From a virus (lineage: Duplodnaviria; Caudoviricetes), in IMG/VR virus record IMGVR_UViG_3300048902_000067, positions 1 through 55,757 of that record: a stretch of 55,757 nucleotides of DNA. One strand, written 5' to 3'. The notes beneath the pieces are model-generated. The model saw only the letters and a program-made list of their open reading frames with translations, did no database searches and was not told where the DNA came from. The stretch's first letter is position 1; the number at the start of each line of letters is the position of its first letter. Made by a program: the position numbers and the translations under genes. Shown here piece by piece: positions 8,387 to 18,031 of this stretch.

Positions 8387-8854
8387 ATGATCGCCGGAGA
8401 TTTCGCCTCTCCCGTCCGTGGCGTTGATCGTGGCTTCATCGCCCGACAGCGCGGTCGGGGCGTCCCCGACGCCGCCATAGCCCGCATGGGGGGGTGGTGC
8501 GTCATTGACGTTCGGGCGGTGTCTCCAGATCCCGTCCTAGCGGCCATAGAGCGCATCGAGCGTCTTGCTAAGCCAACACTCCCCATCCATGCGATGTCCA
8601 TCCCGGACGTGGCCCAAATCCTGCGCCACATCGCCGAGCAATACGGCATAACGCCCGAAGACATCCTGGGGCATTCGCACAGCCAGGAGTACGTTGAGCC
8701 CCGCCACGAAGCGTTCGCCGTCGTCTACGAGCTGAACCGCTACACCCTAGCCGAACTCGGCAGGCTCTTCGACAAGACCAGCAACGGCATCGCCTATGGC
8801 CTCAAGCGCCATTACGAGCGGCTGCGGCTTCGCGGACCGGGGCGGGACTGGTGA
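8387..8854 (+). CDS. DnaA C-terminal (domain IV) helix-turn-helix protein
   Basis: YGITPEDILGHSH....PRHEA...LAELGRLF. Confidence 0.75.
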   Translation: MIAGDFASPVRGVDRGFIARQRGRGVPDAAIARMGGWCVIDVRAVSPDPVLAAIERIERLAKPTLPIHAMSIPDVAQILRHIAEQYGITPEDILGHSHSQEYVEPRHEAFAVVYELNRYTLAELGRLFDKTSNGIAYGLKRHYERLRLRGPGRDW

Positions 8855-9735
8855 GCGTGAAGCGTGAAAACTTCTATCGGCGCAATCCCGATGACGCCCT
8901 GTCCGGCATGGTCGGCATGTCCTTGGAGGAGCGCGGCGTCTACAACACCGTGATCGATCTCATTTACCTAACCTGGCGCCCGCTTGAGGATAGCCGGGCG
9001 TACATCGCCAACCATTGCGGGTGCGCGGTGCAAAAACTGAACCCGATCCTAGCCAGGCTGATCGAGAAGCGAAAGCTGCTGAGGTTCGAGGAAGATGGCG
9101 TCTGGTATCTTTCGAACAAGCGGTTCGAAGAGGAACGAACAGAGGTCAAGGGCGGCGGAAAAACCCGGTCAGGTCGGGGAGAAGTCGGGGAGAAGTCGGC
9201 GGGTGTCGGACAGAAGTCGGCGGGTGTCGAGGAGAACCCCCCCACCTGTAACGAAAATATCGAGGAAAAACCAGATGTTACGCCTCTAGAGAAGAGTAGA
9301 ATAGAACAGAGTAGAATTACCACCATCATTAGCGCGAGCGTGCCCGAGTGGCAAAGAATGCTCGATGAGGCGAAGGCGGCCGCAGGAGATGCGGCGGACC
9401 TGACCAGAACCGCCATGCACCACGCCGCCGACTTGCGGGCCTTGGTCGAACCTCACACCGGGGAGCCGTGCACTTGGGCTGAAGTCCTCGACGCCATCGC
9501 CATGACGGCGATGCGGCAAAGGGCGAAGGGCAAGTTGATCCAGTCGTGGAAGTGGGTCGAGGGCGACGCCTTCTCGCTCCGCGATAAGCGCCTGAACGCC
9601 ATCGCTCCCCCGGTCACCGAGTTCGTGCCGCTGCGCGCCACTGGCCCCCCCAGCATCACCGACAAGATCGCCGTGGATAACGCTGAAGCCCGTCGCCGAG
9701 CCTTTGAGATCATGGACGCCCAAGATGGCCGATAG
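8851..9735 (+). CDS. Replication initiator (DUF1376/YdaU-like)
   Basis: MSLEERGVY..LIY N-terminus; internal direct repeats. Confidence 0.75.
   Translation: MSVKRENFYRRNPDDALSGMVGMSLEERGVYNTVIDLIYLTWRPLEDSRAYIANHCGCAVQKLNPILARLIEKRKLLRFEEDGVWYLSNKRFEEERTEVKGGGKTRSGRGEVGEKSAGVGQKSAGVEENPPTCNENIEEKPDVTPLEKSRIEQSRITTIISASVPEWQRMLDEAKAAAGDAADLTRTAMHHAADLRALVEPHTGEPCTWAEVLDAIAMTAMRQRAKGKLIQSWKWVEGDAFSLRDKRLNAIAPPVTEFVPLRATGPPSITDKIAVDNAEARRRAFEIMDAQDGR
9170..9320 (+). other. Putative replication origin: iterons plus A-rich tract
   Basis: AGAAGTCGG three times (two extend to AGAAGTCGGCGGGTGTCG), followed by AGAGTAGAAT twice. Confidence 0.6.
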
Positions 9736-10258
9736 AACCGAAATAGCCGCTGAGATCGAGGCCCTGTCCGTCCATTGCCGCCCCCCGTTGATGGAGGTCG
9801 AACAGCGCGCGAGCTGGCTTCGGGATTGGTGCTCGGACCTGGCTGAATTTCCCATAGACGCGGTCCGCGCCGCCTGTCGGAAATGGCGCCAGTCCGGATC
9901 AACCAAGTTCCCCACGCCTGGCCTGTTGCTACCTCTGGTCCGCTCCAGCCTGCCCGTCGAGAAAGCCGAGATCGTCCGACCTTGGCGTCAAGCGACCGAA
10001 GACGAATACCGCGCCATGACGGTTCGGGAGAAAATCCGCGAGCATACGATCATGGCCCACGAGGCGTTCGGCGAGGCTGGCCCGATGTTCAGAAACGAGT
10101 CCAGCGGCGACATGGCGAAGGCGAGGGGCGCACATCTCAAGCCGGATGAAATGCCGGACGCTCATCGGCGTTGGACGGAGATCGGCCGCAATCACATGGC
10201 CGAGGTCAAACGCCTCAGAGAGATAATCAACCAACCGCATCGGGTCGCGGCGGAATGA
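9725..10258 (+). CDS. Putative helicase loader / replication protein
   Basis: W..DL.EFP...V..AC..WR....FPTP; lies directly after the initiator. Confidence 0.6.
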   Translation: MADRTEIAAEIEALSVHCRPPLMEVEQRASWLRDWCSDLAEFPIDAVRAACRKWRQSGSTKFPTPGLLLPLVRSSLPVEKAEIVRPWRQATEDEYRAMTVREKIREHTIMAHEAFGEAGPMFRNESSGDMAKARGAHLKPDEMPDAHRRWTEIGRNHMAEVKRLREIINQPHRVAAE

Positions 10259-10446
10259 CGCCGAAAATGAACCTGCGCTATTCGGAACTCACCCGCGATG
10301 ACTTGGCCGTCCTACGGGTCCTCGCCGCCCTGGAGCAGACCTACCCGGAACAGTCCACCCGGCAAGCCTCTAGGATATTGGACGGTCATAGGGTTTGGAG
10401 AGGAAGGCGATCTTCCATGGCCGCTCGGCAGGGAATGGAGCGATAA
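10255..10446 (+). CDS. Hypothetical protein
   Basis: Overlap-coupled at both ends. Confidence 0.5.
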   Translation: MTPKMNLRYSELTRDDLAVLRVLAALEQTYPEQSTRQASRILDGHRVWRGRRSSMAARQGMER

Positions 10447-11060
10447 TGGCGCGTAAGACGAAGATCAGAGCCAACAGCGTTATGCAGAAGGCCATGAGCG
10501 AGCGTACCCAGGATTTCCTGGCCGTGGGTTTGCCTGGTGATGCCTCCACCCTGCCGTTCCAATCGGACGTAGAGATCACCCGCCAGGGCAAGCAGCGGGA
10601 GGGACGAAAGGTGGACGTGGACTCCGCCCGTCGCGTCGATGCCTTCACCGCGCTCCGCAAGGGCCTCGCCCAAGGCTGCTACGACGCAGCCCGGAGGTTC
10701 GAGCTGGACCTGCTGAATCGTTTGGGTCTCTCAGAACGCATGGCCGGAACGGGAAGGGTGGATTGCACCGCAGGCCACACAACAGACCTGATGCGAACCG
10801 CCGGGATCATGGTGGACAAGGTTCAGGACCGAATCTCTCCTCGGGACTTCTGGCTGCTATGCGAACTGATCGCGCCGGCTATCGACCGGGGTACCTGGCG
10901 GGATCACACAGCCTATGTCACAGGCGAGGATCACACCGAAGGCCAGGCGGCGGCCGTTAGGGCATCGGTCGTCAACTTGCGGGACGCCTATACATCCATA
11001 GAGCGGGAGGGGGCGGCGCATCGGCTCACGAAGGCTTTTGGCGGCCAGAGGGCGGCTTGA
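10446..11060 (+). CDS. Putative late-gene transcription regulator
   Basis: Last large early gene before packaging; AA.RF...RVD pattern. Confidence 0.5.
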   Translation: MARKTKIRANSVMQKAMSERTQDFLAVGLPGDASTLPFQSDVEITRQGKQREGRKVDVDSARRVDAFTALRKGLAQGCYDAARRFELDLLNRLGLSERMAGTGRVDCTAGHTTDLMRTAGIMVDKVQDRISPRDFWLLCELIAPAIDRGTWRDHTAYVTGEDHTEGQAAAVRASVVNLRDAYTSIEREGAAHRLTKAFGGQRAA

Positions 11061-11260
11061 TGGATTACGACTGGCCCGACTTCCCCGTTATCTTGGGGCA
11101 AGGTTCGCTCCACAGCTTAAGCGCCCCGGAAGACCCTCCGCCAAGGCTATGGGGCATGAAGTCAGTCAGTGAAGCTGGCGCGAGGGGGCTACATCGCCCA
11201 GTGCAGACACAGGCGCGAAAAGCCGGCTTTGCACATCATCTGGTGAGGGAACGAAAGTGA
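11057..11260 (+). CDS. Hypothetical protein
   Basis: Overlaps the upstream stop. Confidence 0.45.
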   Translation: MMDYDWPDFPVILGQGSLHSLSAPEDPPPRLWGMKSVSEAGARGLHRPVQTQARKAGFAHHLVRERK

Positions 11261-11529
11261 CCCGCAATTAGTTGTTGCGCGCCATTGCAACGCTCGCTAT
11301 GAAAAAGGGTAGTTGGCGAAGTCGCGCTTGAGCGCCGCCTGCGAAGCTTTCGCGCCCAGCTCAGCCTCAACCCTCAGAAAGCCCGTTAAGCGGAGCCTTG
11401 ACCCTGCGGACTGTGCTGTGGCGCGATACCTCTACGGATGACGGCGCCCAGCGCCCGATCCGCGCCCTGTGGCAGGACAGGATCGACCGCTACGAGTTCT
11501 GGCCGTATTTCGTGGGGGCTAGCGAAAGC

Positions 11530-11871
11530 TCATTGCTTCGCCTTTCCGGTCTTGAGCCTGGCGCCATACTTCGGCGGCTGCGGCCCGAATGTCACTGAAC
11601 TGCCCAGCGTCAACTTCGGCGCAGGGTCCTCGGTGTGGTGCGGCTCGATCAAAGCGCCGCTAGGCCAGAATTTTGGTCCAGGCGGGATGCGCTGAACCTT
11701 TAATGCGACGGTGGCCTCTCGCTCAGCCGAGCGCAGTAGCCCAACCTCCAGCAGATCGGCCACGAGGCCGTTGACCGCGACCCCGCGCCGAGCAGCCTCA
11801 GCGCTTAGGCCAGACCAGAGATCATTCTGAAGCCGGATCGTTCGCGTCGCGGATGATTTGCTGACCATCAT
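11530..11871 (-). CDS. Ribbon-helix-helix (Arc/CopG-like) protein
   Basis: TRTIRLQNDLWSGLSAEAARRGVAVNGLVADLL. Confidence 0.7.
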   Translation of the reverse strand: MMVSKSSATRTIRLQNDLWSGLSAEAARRGVAVNGLVADLLEVGLLRSAEREATVALKVQRIPPGPKFWPSGALIEPHHTEDPAPKLTLGSSVTFGPQPPKYGARLKTGKAKQ

Positions 11872-11942
11872 CACAGTGTACCACACCCTGTGTCACACCA
11901 TCAAGCGCCACCAGACCCCCGGGGAGTGGCAAGCGAGGAACG

Positions 11943-12341
11943 ATGGGCGAGGCGGAACAAACGCGCCCGGTTGGACGCCCAAGCGCCTACGACCCGAAAT
12001 TCTGCGATGAGGTAATCAATCTCGGCGCAGAAGGCATGAGCCGCGCGGAGATCGCAGCGGAGATCGGTGTCGCGCGTCAAACGCTAGCGAATTGGAGCGA
12101 GGCGCATCCAGAGTTTTTGGCTGCACTTCTCCTCGCGCATGATCTCAGTCTCGCTTGGTGGGAGAGGCAATCCCGCAAAAATCTGGCGACCACCGGATAT
12201 CAGGCCGGTCTTTGGAAGCAGGCGATGAGCGGGCGATTCCCGCTGGAGCCCTATCGTGAACGCTCCGAGCTAGCCGGAGAGGGTGGCGCCGCTCTGGTCG
12301 TCAACATCAAGCGCTTCACCCCCGAGCCGGATGAAAGCTGA
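11943..12341 (+). CDS. terS: Terminase small subunit
   Basis: GRPSAYDP...AEIGVARQTLANW...HPEF; precedes terL. Confidence 0.88.
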   Translation: MGEAEQTRPVGRPSAYDPKFCDEVINLGAEGMSRAEIAAEIGVARQTLANWSEAHPEFLAALLLAHDLSLAWWERQSRKNLATTGYQAGLWKQAMSGRFPLEPYRERSELAGEGGAALVVNIKRFTPEPDES

Positions 12342-13665
12342 GGTCAATCTTCCCAACGGTTGGGAGCCGAGACAGTACCAGAAATCGCTCTGGCAATACC
12401 TGGAGCATGGCGGCTTGCGAGCCGACGTGGCGGCGCATCGGCGTTGGGGCAAGGATGACGTTGCGCTGCACCTGGCTGCCTGCAAGTCACAGGAGCGGGT
12501 CGGAACCTACTGGCACATGCTGCCCGAGGCCAGCCAAGCCCGGAAAGCCATCTGGGACGCCATCAATCCTCATACGGGTAAGCGGCGAATAGACGAGGCT
12601 TTCCCCCCTGCCATGCGGGCCAACACCCGCGAAGTGGACATGCTTATCCGCTTCCAGAATGGCTCTACCTGGCAGGTTATCGGATCTGACAATTTCGACA
12701 GTCTCGTTGGCGCTCCGCCGGTTGGCGTCGTCTTCTCGGAATGGTCCTTGGCGAGGCCTGAGGCTTGGACCTACATGCGGCCGATCCTCGCGGAGAACCG
12801 AGGGTGGGCGGTGTTCATCTGGACGCCACGCGGCAGAAACCACGCGACGCAGGGATTTGATGCCCGCTCAGGCGATCCGAACTGGTTCACGCTGAAAAGT
12901 CCGGCGACGGAGACGAATGTTTTCACACATGAACAGCTCGCCCGCGAGAAGGCGGAGCTGATCTCCGAATCAGGTTCGGTCGAAGAGGGCGAGGCGAAGT
13001 TCAATCAGGAATATCTGGTCGATTTCGACGCGGCAACGCCGGGCGCCTACTACGCACCGCTGATAAACGAGGCCGAGAGCGCCGGCCGTCTGACACGGGT
13101 TCCATATGACCCGGCGCTGAAGGTCGACACGGCCTGGGACCTGGGGATCGACGACTACACGGCCATCTGGTTCTTCCAGCAAATTGGTCGGGAGGTCCGC
13201 GCCATCGACTATTTCGAGACGGCTGGCATCGGCCTGCAGCAGATCGTGGCCCAGGCCATCGCGCAGAAGCCCTACATCTACGGGACCCACCACCTGCCGC
13301 ACGATGTGATGGTCCGGGAGCTTGGCGCCGCCGGGAAGACGCGGCGTGAAACCTTGAACGGGCTTGGCGTCTCGCCGATCAGTGTAGGCGTCGCGCAGGA
13401 CCCGGAGGAGCGGATCAACGCATCACGGCTGATGATCCCGATAACATGGTTCGACGCCGAGAAGTGCGCCACCGGCCTCAACAGGCTGCGCGGATATCGC
13501 AAGCGCTGGAACCGCACGACCAAGAACTTCACTGGCCCGCTGCATGACGAGAACAGCCACGGCGCCGACGCGTTCGGCGAGTTCGCGGCCAACCGCCGGG
13601 GCGTGGTCGGGCCGAACAAGGCTCGGCCCCGTGAGCACGCTGGCGCGGGTAGCTGGATGGGATGA
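12331..13665 (+). CDS. terL: Terminase large subunit
   Basis: HRRWGKD Walker A, VVFSEW Walker B, TPRG, AWDLG, HGADAF. Confidence 0.95.
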   Translation: MKAEVNLPNGWEPRQYQKSLWQYLEHGGLRADVAAHRRWGKDDVALHLAACKSQERVGTYWHMLPEASQARKAIWDAINPHTGKRRIDEAFPPAMRANTREVDMLIRFQNGSTWQVIGSDNFDSLVGAPPVGVVFSEWSLARPEAWTYMRPILAENRGWAVFIWTPRGRNHATQGFDARSGDPNWFTLKSPATETNVFTHEQLAREKAELISESGSVEEGEAKFNQEYLVDFDAATPGAYYAPLINEAESAGRLTRVPYDPALKVDTAWDLGIDDYTAIWFFQQIGREVRAIDYFETAGIGLQQIVAQAIAQKPYIYGTHHLPHDVMVRELGAAGKTRRETLNGLGVSPISVGVAQDPEERINASRLMIPITWFDAEKCATGLNRLRGYRKRWNRTTKNFTGPLHDENSHGADAFGEFAANRRGVVGPNKARPREHAGAGSWMG

Positions 13666-14030
13666 GGAGGAGCGAGATGACCGAATTCATCCCGCCGCCG
13701 CCCGGTATGCTCACCGGGCAAATAGACTTGCCAGACCACAAGATGAGCTTGGGCCTGATGCACCGCGAAGGCGAGGGCATCCGGGTATTCATCTGGGACG
13801 GCGATACCTGGCGTCACCTGACCTGCGACAGTGCCGTGGGGTACGCCGACTACCTCGACGGTGAGGCCTACGCTGCGATGCTGAAGCCGGTCTCTGACGC
13901 TTTGCGATCATTGGCGGCCAGGGCTGGCGAGATCGAGGCCACGGCGATGTTCACCCGCGCAGCGCAATGCGTTGGCGGTCCGGTATCCATTCAGGAACTG
14001 ATGGGGATGCAGGTGGAGGGGCGGGCTTGA
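13662..14030 (+). CDS. Hypothetical protein
   Basis: Coupled to terL. Confidence 0.65.
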   Translation: MRRSEMTEFIPPPPGMLTGQIDLPDHKMSLGLMHREGEGIRVFIWDGDTWRHLTCDSAVGYADYLDGEAYAAMLKPVSDALRSLAARAGEIEATAMFTRAAQCVGGPVSIQELMGMQVEGRA

Positions 14031-14257
14031 TCCTTGACCCCGACGAGCCCCTACCGACTCGCCGTACCGAGCGCCAGTCGCTGATCAGGACCGAGCGTGG
14101 CTGGGCGGTGCTCGGCCAACCAACATCGAAGGCTCAATCCTGGCTTGCCGAGGCGCGCGAGGAACTGGCCGAGCTGGTGCCTAACATGGCCGAAGATTCC
14201 CGGCTTCGCGCCGCATCCATCATGGCGGCTGAACTTTTGGACCGGAGGGCGTTGTGA
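14027..14257 (+). CDS. Hypothetical protein
   Basis: TTGA overlap; GGAGG ribosome-binding site. Confidence 0.5.
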   Translation: MILDPDEPLPTRRTERQSLIRTERGWAVLGQPTSKAQSWLAEAREELAELVPNMAEDSRLRAASIMAAELLDRRAL

Positions 14258-14403
14258 ACGATACCCGCGTGCTGACCCTTCAGGAATTTGCCGACGATTA
14301 CCTGACGCCAATGATGCTGGACCTCGTCGGGTTGCCCAATACGCCATCCGGTCGTCGCGCGCTTGACGTAATCCTGGCCACCCTCCCGGAAGATGACGAA
14401 TGA
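14254..14403 (+). CDS. 49-aa hypothetical protein (MNDTRVLTLQEFADDY...)
   Basis: GTGA overlap and GGAGG ribosome-binding site; translated by hand. Confidence 0.45.
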   Translation: MNDTRVLTLQEFADDYLTPMMLDLVGLPNTPSGRRALDVILATLPEDDE

Positions 14404-14467
14404 GCGGTACCCGTATCCGCCGTGATCTGGTCACGCAGATCACGGCCGTTGAAGTATTCAATCGCTG

Positions 14468-16789
14468 ATGGCCGGTTCCGACACCACCAAAGACGATGAC
14501 GCGCTCGACGCCGACAAGGAAGCCTTCGAAGCCGCCCAGGACGCCGCCGACGAGAACTACAAGGCCGCGCTGGATGATTTCCAGTTCGCGCGGTTGGCCG
14601 AGCAATGGCCGCTGAAGATCAGGCGCCAGCGCGAGCTTGACGGGCGCCCGTGTCTCACCATCAATCGCCTGCCGAGTTTCATCCGCCAGGTCGTCAATGA
14701 CGCGCGGCAGAATAAGCCCAGCATCAACGTCCACCCGGTGGACAGCGACGCCGATCCAGAAACGGCGGAGATCATCAACGGCCTGTTCCGCCACATCGAA
14801 CAATCCAGCGACGCTGACGTAGCCTATGACACGGCCCTGGAGCACGCGGTCACCGGCGGCTTCGGCTATTTCGGCCTGAACACACGCTATGCCTCAGACG
14901 ATGGGTTTGAGCAGGATCTGGTGATCGAAGCCAAGCCTAACTGCTTCTCGATCTATGGTGATCCGGCCTCGACAGCGGCGGACTCCTCGGACTGGAACTC
15001 AGCCTTCGAGCTGTCCAGCTTGACGAAGAAGGCCTTCGAGGCGCGCTGGAAGGGCGCCGATGCTGTAAGCTTCGAGGGGCGCGGGGTCGGCAAGACGGCC
15101 GAAACCGATGGCGAGAACATCACCATCGCCGCGTGTTGGTCACGCGACAAGTCCATCCGGATGATCGTGGCGCTGTCAGCTCCGTCTCTGGATGCTGATG
15201 AAGGCGCGGTTCAGCAGGCATTGCCCCTCCTGACCGAAAATCTCATCGTCGATCTCAAGGTGTTCGAGGCCAACAAGGCGCTGTTCGATGCGATCGGCGT
15301 CGCCATGCTGGGTCAGCCCCGCGAGGTGCCGAGCTTCAAGGTCACGCAGCGCATGTGCTCCGGCGCCGATGTGCTGGAAACGAACGCTTGGGCTGGCAAA
15401 TACATCCCCATCGTGCCGGTCTATGGCGAAGACATCAACATCGAGGGCAAACGGCACTTCCGCTCGCTGGTGCGGGATGCGAAAGACCCGCAACGAATGT
15501 TCAACTACTGGCGCACGACCAGCACCGAGCTTGTCGCTCTCGCCCCGAAAACGCCGTTCATCGGAGCGGTGGGAAGCTTCGTTACTGACGCTGAGAAGTG
15601 GGCCACGGCCAACACCGAAACCCACGCCTATATCGAATACGACCCCGTCCCAAATGGCGCGCCGCCGCAGCGTCAGCAGTTCGCCTCAATGCCGGCGGGT
15701 GCGATTCAGGAGGCGCTGAACGCCTCGGACGACATGAAGTCGATCATGGGTCTTCACGATGCGTCCCTGGGCGCACGGTCGAATGAGACCTCAGGCGTTG
15801 CGATCATGGCTCGCCAACGCGAGGGGGATGTCTCCAGCTTTCACTTCATCGACAATCTGAGCCGAGCAATTCGCCATGCTGGCCGCGTTGGTCTCGACCT
15901 GATCCCGACAGTCTATTCCACCCAGAGGATGCTTCGCATCCTAGGGCCGGAGGGGGATGCCAAGGTCATTCGGTGCGCGCCGGGCGGTCAATGGAGCGGC
16001 CCGCTAGTCGGCAATAGCCCGCGCTGTCCACAGTCGCAACTTCTCGGAATGCCCAGCGCGGCACAATCAAGTCAACAATCCCAAGGTGCGCCGGAAGGCT
16101 CGCAGCGGGACGAGGCCAACGAACTTGCCAGGGTCTTTGATCTTACAGTTGGCAAATACGATCTCGTGGTCACGGCTGGTCCAAGTTACACGACCCAGCG
16201 TGAGGAAGCCGCCTCGCAAATGATCGAGCTGATCCGGGCTTATCCGTCAGCCGCGCCCATCATGGGCGATCTGGTTGCGAAAAACCTGGACTGGCCGGGC
16301 GCGGAGGAAATCGCCAACCGCTTCAAGGCCATGCTCCCGCATCAACTTCAGGGGGATAATCCAGAGGCCGATGCGCTCAAGGCCCAGGTACAGCAACTTG
16401 CCCAGGTTCTCGGCCAAGCCAAGGCGAAGATCACCGAACTGGAGACCGACGCCTCTATCGAACAGCAGAAGGTCAACGTCTCCAAGTTCGATGCCGAGAC
16501 CAAGCGCTTAGGGGTCGAGTTCGGTAAGGCTGGCGCTCCGATTGATCCGGCGCAGGCCCTTCCGTTCGTTATGGCGTCCTTGGTGCACATCCTGGGTCAG
16601 CCCGACCTGATCGAGGCCGCGCAGAATGGGGCCGATCCGCAAACCATCATGGCCGCGCTACAACAACGTATGGGCCAGCCGCCAGCCAACGATGAGCCAC
16701 AGCCCATGTCGGGCGGTGGCGGCATGATACCACCCCTACAACCGCCCGCGCCGCCCATGGCGCCTCCGGCCACGCCACCCGCCGCCTAG
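14468..16789 (+). CDS. P22-like portal protein
   Basis: RPCLTINRL, GKYIPIVPVYG, AKDPQRMFNYW, SGVAI.ARQ, GKYD. Confidence 0.95.
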   Translation: MAGSDTTKDDDALDADKEAFEAAQDAADENYKAALDDFQFARLAEQWPLKIRRQRELDGRPCLTINRLPSFIRQVVNDARQNKPSINVHPVDSDADPETAEIINGLFRHIEQSSDADVAYDTALEHAVTGGFGYFGLNTRYASDDGFEQDLVIEAKPNCFSIYGDPASTAADSSDWNSAFELSSLTKKAFEARWKGADAVSFEGRGVGKTAETDGENITIAACWSRDKSIRMIVALSAPSLDADEGAVQQALPLLTENLIVDLKVFEANKALFDAIGVAMLGQPREVPSFKVTQRMCSGADVLETNAWAGKYIPIVPVYGEDINIEGKRHFRSLVRDAKDPQRMFNYWRTTSTELVALAPKTPFIGAVGSFVTDAEKWATANTETHAYIEYDPVPNGAPPQRQQFASMPAGAIQEALNASDDMKSIMGLHDASLGARSNETSGVAIMARQREGDVSSFHFIDNLSRAIRHAGRVGLDLIPTVYSTQRMLRILGPEGDAKVIRCAPGGQWSGPLVGNSPRCPQSQLLGMPSAAQSSQQSQGAPEGSQRDEANELARVFDLTVGKYDLVVTAGPSYTTQREEAASQMIELIRAYPSAAPIMGDLVAKNLDWPGAEEIANRFKAMLPHQLQGDNPEADALKAQVQQLAQVLGQAKAKITELETDASIEQQKVNVSKFDAETKRLGVEFGKAGAPIDPAQALPFVMASLVHILGQPDLIEAAQNGADPQTIMAALQQRMGQPPANDEPQPMSGGGGMIPPLQPPAPPMAPPATPPAA

Positions 16790-16831
16790 CGGCTCAACCG
16801 GCCCCCTCTCGGCCAAATCACCAGGACCCCT

Positions 16832-17950
16832 ATGTCAGAAGCAGCGACCAGCCCGGTTGCGGAGGACACCTCTGCGCCCGGAGTCGCGACCGAAGCCCCG
16901 GCCGCGAATGAAACCGACGATTTTGACACCGAACACCTAGACCGGGTCGAGGCGGACGATGAGAACGCCGCCGCCAAAGCCGCGAGGCTGGCCAGAGGCG
17001 AGGCGGAGTCCGGAGACGAAGAGGCCGCCAATGGCGCGGAAGCTCGCCGAAAGGACGTGGCGGCTGACGGATTGGTCGATATCGAGTTGAATGGCAAAAC
17101 TTATAAACTGCCACCGGAGATCAAAGACCGCGTGATGGCGGATGTCGACTACCGACAGAAGACCCAGGCGCTTTCCGAGCAACGCCGCACCTTCGAGACC
17201 GAACGGCAGACGCTACATCAGCAGATCGAGGAAAGCCGCGCCGCCCTCCCGGCCGAACACGCCAAGGTCGTGCTACTCGAAGACAGGGCCACGGCGGCGA
17301 CGCAGCAATTGGACGGCGCCCTTGATGCTCGCGGCACCACCTTGCGCGGTATCGACTGGGCCGGCTGGCGCAACCAGCTACAGGGCCTGCCGGACGATGA
17401 TCCGGCTGTCCTCAGCTACCAGCAATACCGCACAGCCTATACCAACGCGCTCCAGTCCGAAGAGGACAGCAAGCGCGCCTTGGCGGCGGCGAAAGAAGAT
17501 CTGACGACCAAGGAGAAAGCCCGTCTGGATGAGCAAGCGAAGGCCAGGGAAACCAGCCTCGCCATGGCGCGCCAGGAAACGGGAAAGGCCCTGGTGTCGG
17601 AAGGATGGGACCAACAGCGCTTTGCCGACGTGGCGTCGTTCGCGGTGACGGAACTCGGGTATTCACCCGAAGAACTCCAAGACGCGACCGACCCCAGGGC
17701 CTGGAAGATGGCGGACAAGCTCCGTGGCCTCCAGGCCGAGAACGCGAAGCTCAAGAAAACCCTTGAGACCAACAAGACCGCGCAATCCAACCTGAAGGCT
17801 CAAGAGAGCCGTCCAGTCGAATCGGCCATAGGCAGCGTCCAGCCGACACGACCTCGCGACGACAACTCAACCGAGGCCTGGATGGAAAGGCGTAATCGCC
17901 AAGTCGCCGCCAAGCAGGCAGCCGCCGTGGCTGCACGCACAGCCCGATAA
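16832..17950 (+). CDS. Scaffolding protein
   Basis: Acidic coiled-coil, DYRQKTQALS motif; sits between portal and coat. Confidence 0.85.
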   Translation: MSEAATSPVAEDTSAPGVATEAPAANETDDFDTEHLDRVEADDENAAAKAARLARGEAESGDEEAANGAEARRKDVAADGLVDIELNGKTYKLPPEIKDRVMADVDYRQKTQALSEQRRTFETERQTLHQQIEESRAALPAEHAKVVLLEDRATAATQQLDGALDARGTTLRGIDWAGWRNQLQGLPDDDPAVLSYQQYRTAYTNALQSEEDSKRALAAAKEDLTTKEKARLDEQAKARETSLAMARQETGKALVSEGWDQQRFADVASFAVTELGYSPEELQDATDPRAWKMADKLRGLQAENAKLKKTLETNKTAQSNLKAQESRPVESAIGSVQPTRPRDDNSTEAWMERRNRQVAAKQAAAVAARTAR

Positions 17951-18031
17951 GGCTTCACCTTGAACCGCGCCGTCGAGAGACGCCGCTTTCCCAGCGCCCG
18001 AGCCTAGGCCGGGCCAGAAGGACCTTTTTCC

